Positions 25,564 to 32,000 of a DNA stretch of 32,000 nt are shown piece after piece. The notes under the pieces were generated by a model. The model saw only the letters and a list, made by a program, of their open reading frames with translations, was not told the DNA's origin and did no database searches. A program made the translations under genes and the position numbers. This DNA is from Gemmata obscuriglobus. GTDB taxonomy: Bacteria > Planctomycetota > Planctomycetia > Gemmatales > Gemmataceae. Within the stretch, counting starts at the first letter, position 1, and each line of letters begins with the position of its first letter. The DNA lies in NCBI RefSeq assembly GCF_008065095.1, contig NZ_CP042911.1, positions 4,920,001 through 4,952,000 on the forward strand. The letters are read 5' to 3'.

Positions 25564-27411
25564 ATGCGACACCCAATCAGGATCGGGGCCGGCGTGCTGG
25601 TCGCGCTTTGCCTCGCCGTTGCCAGCGCGCCGGCCCAGGCGCCCGACGCCGATTCACGTTTCGAGCGCACCGAGGCAATGGTCCCGATGCGCGACGGGAA
25701 AAAGCTGTTCACGACGCTGCACGTTCCGAAGGAACCCAAAGGGCCGGTACCGATCATCCTCCTGCGCACGCCTTACGGCATCGACGGGCGCGCCGAACGG
25801 CTGCTGCGGAACTATTTCAAAGACATGATCGATGACGGCTACGCGTTCGTTCTTCAGGACATCCGCGGGCGGTTCAAGTCGGAAGGCGCGTTCGTGATGA
25901 CGCGCCCCGCTCGCGACCCGAACGACCCGAAGGCCGTTGATGAAGCGTCCGACACCTACGACACCATCGAGTGGCTACTGAAGGAAGTGAAGGGCAACAA
26001 CGGGCGGGTCGGGATGCTCGGCATCAGCTACCCGGGGTGGCTCGCCGCGGTCGCGATGCTCGACCCGCACCCCGCGCTCAAGGCGGTCTCGCCCCAGGCC
26101 TCGCCGATCGACATGTTCCTCGGCGACGACTTCCACCACAGCGGCGCGTTCCGGCTCAGCTACGGGTTCGAGTACGTGGCGATGATGGAGACCGACAAGA
26201 CCAACTTCTCGTTCCACTTCGACCGCCACGACACCTACGACTGGTATCTCAGGCTCGGCGCACTTTCGAACGTAAACCGCAAACACTTCAAGAACGCCCT
26301 GCCGACATGGAACGACTTCGTCGCGCACCCGAACTACGACGCGTTCTGGAAAACGCAATCGCTCGAACCGCGCCTGACGCGCGTGACGGTCCCGACGCTC
26401 ACCGTGGGCGGGTGGTACGACCAGGAGGACTTCCGCGGCCCGCTAAAGATGTACGAACTGCTCGAGAAGCACGACAAGAAGGGCCAAAACTTCCTGGCGG
26501 TCGGCCCGTGGAACCACGGCGGTTGGGCCGCGGGCAAGGCCGACCGGCTCGGCCGTGTCCCGTTCGATTCCGACACCGGAGGGCACTTCCGGAAACAAGT
26601 TCAGGCGCCGTTCTTTGCTCACTACCTCAAAGACGCGGGGAAAGCGCCACCCGAAGCACGGATGTTCCTGACGGGGGCCAACACCTGGGAGACCTACGAC
26701 TCCTGGCCGCCGAAAGGGGCCACGGCGCGGAAGCTGTACTTCCACCCGAACGGAAAGCTGAGCTTCGATCCCCCGCCGGAGCGCGCGGCGGAGGCGAGCG
26801 AGTACGTATCGGACCCCGCGAACCCCGTCCCGTACCGCCCCCGGCCGGTGCGCCCCACCTACCCCGGCCCCGAGTGGCCCGAGTGGATGGTGCAGGACCA
26901 GCGGTTCACGCACGGGCGGCCCGACGTGCTCTCGTTCGAAACCGAACCGCTCGCCGAAGACGTTACCGTCGCCGGCGCCATGAAGGTGAAACTGTTCGGC
27001 GCGACCACGGGCACCGACTGCGACTGGGTGGTGCGCCTCATCGATGTGTACCCCGAGGACTACAAGAAGTCCCCGGAACTGGCCGGCTACCAGCTCATGA
27101 TCGCCGGCGAGCCGGCACGCGCGCGGTTCCGCAAGAGTCTGGAGAAGCCCGAGCCGGTGAAACCCGGCGCCGTGGAAGAGTACCTCGTCGACCTGGTCCA
27201 GGGGCACCACCGGTTCCGGAAAGGGCACCGGATCATGGTGCAGGTGAGCAGCAGTTGGTTCCCGGTCATCGACCGGAACCCGCAGAAGTTCGTGCCTAAC
27301 ATCTTTGAGGCCGAAGACACCGACTTCCAGAAAGCCACCCAAAAGGTCTACCATACGCCCGCGTTCGCGTCGCGCGTGGAACTGGACGTGCTCCCCGCCA
27401 GGGCGAAATGA
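25564..27411 (+). CDS. Secreted CocE/NonD-family hydrolase (S15 Xaa-Pro dipeptidyl-peptidase-like)
   Basis: The signal peptide is MRHPIRIGAGVLVALCLAVASAPAQA. Family blocks are PIILLRTPYG, VLQDIRGRF..SEG, the nucleophile elbow MLGISYPGW and GPWNHGGW. The C-terminal beta-sandwich (LMIAGEPARARFR; GHRIMVQVSSSWFP) is typical of the family. Confidence 0.92.
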   Translation: MRHPIRIGAGVLVALCLAVASAPAQAPDADSRFERTEAMVPMRDGKKLFTTLHVPKEPKGPVPIILLRTPYGIDGRAERLLRNYFKDMIDDGYAFVLQDIRGRFKSEGAFVMTRPARDPNDPKAVDEASDTYDTIEWLLKEVKGNNGRVGMLGISYPGWLAAVAMLDPHPALKAVSPQASPIDMFLGDDFHHSGAFRLSYGFEYVAMMETDKTNFSFHFDRHDTYDWYLRLGALSNVNRKHFKNALPTWNDFVAHPNYDAFWKTQSLEPRLTRVTVPTLTVGGWYDQEDFRGPLKMYELLEKHDKKGQNFLAVGPWNHGGWAAGKADRLGRVPFDSDTGGHFRKQVQAPFFAHYLKDAGKAPPEARMFLTGANTWETYDSWPPKGATARKLYFHPNGKLSFDPPPERAAEASEYVSDPANPVPYRPRPVRPTYPGPEWPEWMVQDQRFTHGRPDVLSFETEPLAEDVTVAGAMKVKLFGATTGTDCDWVVRLIDVYPEDYKKSPELAGYQLMIAGEPARARFRKSLEKPEPVKPGAVEEYLVDLVQGHHRFRKGHRIMVQVSSSWFPVIDRNPQKFVPNIFEAEDTDFQKATQKVYHTPAFASRVELDVLPARAK

Positions 27412-27562
27412 TCCCCGCCGCCGAACGTGACGGCGAACCCGTAAAAATCGGGCCGCTTGTGAATCGACCGTTCGTGACCACCGGTGCGCCACAGGCACCG
27501 GCCGGCAGCGCGTGTTGGAGGCCGACCGCGAGCCCCGAACACGCGCGGCCGGCCCACCCACC

Positions 27563-27584
27563 AGCACCTGAAATTTCAGGTGCT
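27563..27584. promoter_or_regulatory. Perfect 22-bp palindrome in the sigma-factor upstream region
   Basis: AGCACCTGAAATTTCAGGTGCT is fully self-complementary. It lies about 150 nt after the peptidase stop and about 195 nt before the sigma start. Confidence 0.3.
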
Positions 27585-27777
27585 TATAGAACTGCGAGCC
27601 GACCACCCACCTCTGAAAAGTCGGGCCGGGCCAATAAGCCGTAGGCTGTGCCGGTTGTAGCGGAGATTCCGATTTGACCAGTTCACTTTCTTGTCGCAAG
27701 TTAACGCGTCTCCCCGGTTCCGAGCCGGCATCAACGACGATAACATTCGCGCCCCCCCGCTTCAGCAGAGAGACACC

Positions 27778-28596
27778 GTGAGGAACGAACACGCCGCCCG
27801 CACGTCATTTTCGACGTACCTGAGTGAGATCGACCACACGCCGCTGCTGTCCGCTGCCGAAGAGCGCGACCTGGGCGCCCGCGTCCTGACCGGTGACCCG
27901 CAGGCCCGCGACCGGATGGTGCGCGCGAACCTCCGCCTCGTGGTCAACATCGCGCGCGGCTACACGGGAAAGGGGCTGGCCCTCGACGACCTCGTGTCCG
28001 AAGGCAACATGGGGCTGCTGCGGGCGGTGGAGGGGTTCGAGCCGTCGATGAACACGCGGTTCAGCACCTACGCCAGCTACTGGATCAAGCAGAGCATCAA
28101 GCGCGCGATCGTGAACACCGCGAAGACGATCCGCATCCCCGCCTACATGGCCGAGCTGCTCACCAAGTGGCGCCGGGCCACCAACCAGCTCTCCGACGAG
28201 CTGGGCCGCCCGCCCACCCACGACGAGATCGCCAAGTTCCTGGGGCTGTCGAAGAAGAAGCTCGCGATCATCAAGAAGGCGATCCGCGTCGCGAACGCCG
28301 GCACCCAGTCCGACCAGAGCGACGCCGGCTGGAGCATCGAAGAGACGCTGATGGACTCGCGCGGCGACGCCCCGGACACCGAACTGGGTAAGTCGGACGA
28401 CCTCAAGCAGGTGCTGCACCTGCTCGACCGGATGGACCAGCGCGAGGCGACCGTGCTGCGGATGCGGTTCGGGCTCAACGACGAGGAGCCCCGGACCCTC
28501 AAGGAGATCGGCGAGTGCCTCGGCCTCACCCGCGAGCGGGTGCGCCAGATCGAGAACGAGGCGCTGGCCAAGCTCGGCGACGGCATGAACATCTGA
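27778..28596 (+). CDS. Sigma-70 family RNA polymerase sigma factor (short RpoD-like; regions 1.2, 2, 3, 4)
   Basis: Region 1.2 is FSTYLSEIDHTPLLS. Region 2 is ANLRLVVNIARGY...EGNMGLLRAVEGFEP..RFSTYASYWIKQSI. Region 3 is IRIPAYM. Region 4 is ATVLRMRFGL...TLKEIGECLGLTRERVRQIENEALAKL. Chosen start is the GTG at 27778; the ORF is open from a TTG at 27691, so the start is uncertain. Confidence 0.9.
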   Translation: MRNEHAARTSFSTYLSEIDHTPLLSAAEERDLGARVLTGDPQARDRMVRANLRLVVNIARGYTGKGLALDDLVSEGNMGLLRAVEGFEPSMNTRFSTYASYWIKQSIKRAIVNTAKTIRIPAYMAELLTKWRRATNQLSDELGRPPTHDEIAKFLGLSKKKLAIIKKAIRVANAGTQSDQSDAGWSIEETLMDSRGDAPDTELGKSDDLKQVLHLLDRMDQREATVLRMRFGLNDEEPRTLKEIGECLGLTRERVRQIENEALAKLGDGMNI

Positions 28597-28648
28597 GCGC
28601 GGTCACGAAGGCCGGTTGGCCGCAAAGCTGAACACAGCCACAAAGACT

Positions 28649-28780
28649 GATTGGCCGCAAAAAAGCACAAAGGGCACAAAAGAAAACCGAAGAGGAAGAC
28701 AAAAGCAGTGTTTTAGAACCACTCTTCTGCCTTCCTCTTCGGTTTCCTTTTGTGCCCTTTGTGCTTTTTTGCGGCCAATC
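28649..28780. repeat. Large near-perfect palindromic repeat (50-nt arms, 32-nt loop), likely a bidirectional terminator
   Basis: Arms 28649-28698 and 28731-28780 pair at 49 of 50 positions by hand check; the single mismatch is A-C at 28683/28746. An A6 run (28659-28664) and a T6 run (28765-28770) flank the inner stem on either strand. The element sits between the convergent sigma (+) and kinase (-) genes. A partial extra copy of the arm start lies at 28615-28648. Confidence 0.85.
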
Positions 28781-28789
28781 TCTTCGTCT

Positions 28790-31456
<2,667 letters not shown>

Positions 31457-31732
31457 GCGCGCGCGGTCGGTCTATTGGAGGGTCGGTCGTCGTGCCGCGG
31501 CGGATACCGGGGCGCCCCTGGACGAGCGATGGCGAGCAGGGGGAGTATAGCTTACCCGCTCACCACCGCCATACCGAAAACGCCTGCACGAGCGAAAGGG
31601 CTCTCGCCCCGCTCCCGCGCCCGCCGATCGGGATCGCGCGGGGGCTGACCAAAGCACGGCCGTATGGCCAGAATGTGTGGTGACGTGTACCGGCACCCGT
31701 TAACCAGCCCGGCCCACACCACCGGCACCCAA

Positions 31733-32000
31733 ATGATCCTTCACGCACGCCACTATGCCACCGCTCAGCCCGTCGCGGTCACGATCGAGGGGGGGCGCAT
31801 CGCCGCCGTGACCGCCTCGGACCGGGAGGCCGAAGAGTGGATCGCCCCGGCGCTATTCGACCCGCAAATCAACGGCTGCCTCGGCATCAGCTTTAACGCC
31901 ACGGCCCTGACCCCCGACGGGGTGCGTACCGTCACCGACGTGTGCTTGGCGCACGGGATCGGCGCGTTCGCCGCCACCCTCGTGACCAACAGCTCCGGGG
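31733..32000 (+). CDS. nagA: N-acetylglucosamine-6-phosphate deacetylase-like amidohydrolase (3' end cut by window edge)
   Basis: The frame is open from the ATG at 31733 to the window end, and the track does not list it because it has no stop. The translation MILHARHYATAQPVAVTIEGGRIAAV...IAPALFDPQINGCLGISFN...GIGAFAATLVTNS parallels the NagA N-terminus (PGFID.Q.NGC.G..FN ... PTLIT.S). Confidence 0.6.
   Translation, partial: MILHARHYATAQPVAVTIEGGRIAAVTASDREAEEWIAPALFDPQINGCLGISFNATALTPDGVRTVTDVCLAHGIGAFAATLVTNSSG

Noticed and set aside
27674-27703. A TTGACC -35-like hexamer with a possible -10 upstream of the sigma gene.
   Set aside because: The best -10 candidate at 18-nt spacing (AAGTTA) is poor, and the TTG at 27691 might itself be the start codon. 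This is too weak to annotate.

Overview
The window is visibly GC-rich (about two-thirds G+C by eye, not computed). Gene content points to a Planctomycetota chromosome, probably Gemmataceae-like: a PSD1/DUF1549-DUF1553 plus DUF1501 pair, a Ser/Thr kinase fused to WD40 repeats, and many PAS kinases. This taxonomic call is an inference; no database search was possible. I support about 24 protein-coding genes, nearly all on the + strand. They comprise four PAS-rich histidine kinases (two hybrid), a NarL-type regulator, two stand-alone receivers, a transmembrane Ser/Thr kinase-WD40 protein, an exported PSD1/DUF1501/PPC triad, and a front-end-type fatty-acid desaturase followed by two tiny membrane proteins. 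The remainder are a SprT-like metalloprotease, an S15 CocE/NonD peptidase, a short sigma-70 family factor, a partial NagA-like gene and several hypotheticals. I found no rRNA, tRNA or CRISPR array. Structure not explained by the genes: (1) an intact 891-bp IS5-family element with perfect 19-bp inverted repeats; (2) a 68-bp dispersed direct repeat (59/68 identical) at 14972 and 24165, where copy A may be the head of a decayed IS into which the intact IS inserted; (3) two members of one long palindromic repeat family, one of which overlaps the start codon and signal peptide of the PPC gene, while the other forms a 50-bp-stem hairpin between convergent genes; (4) a perfect 52-bp in-frame repeat inside the first kinase. 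The best candidate for an undescribed system is the tightly overlapped four-gene unit receiver / 2-TM protein / ribbon-helix-helix protein / receiver at 22575-24011. The PSD1/DUF1501/PPC triad is the second candidate. All functional calls rest on motif recognition by eye, and start codons are often ambiguous.
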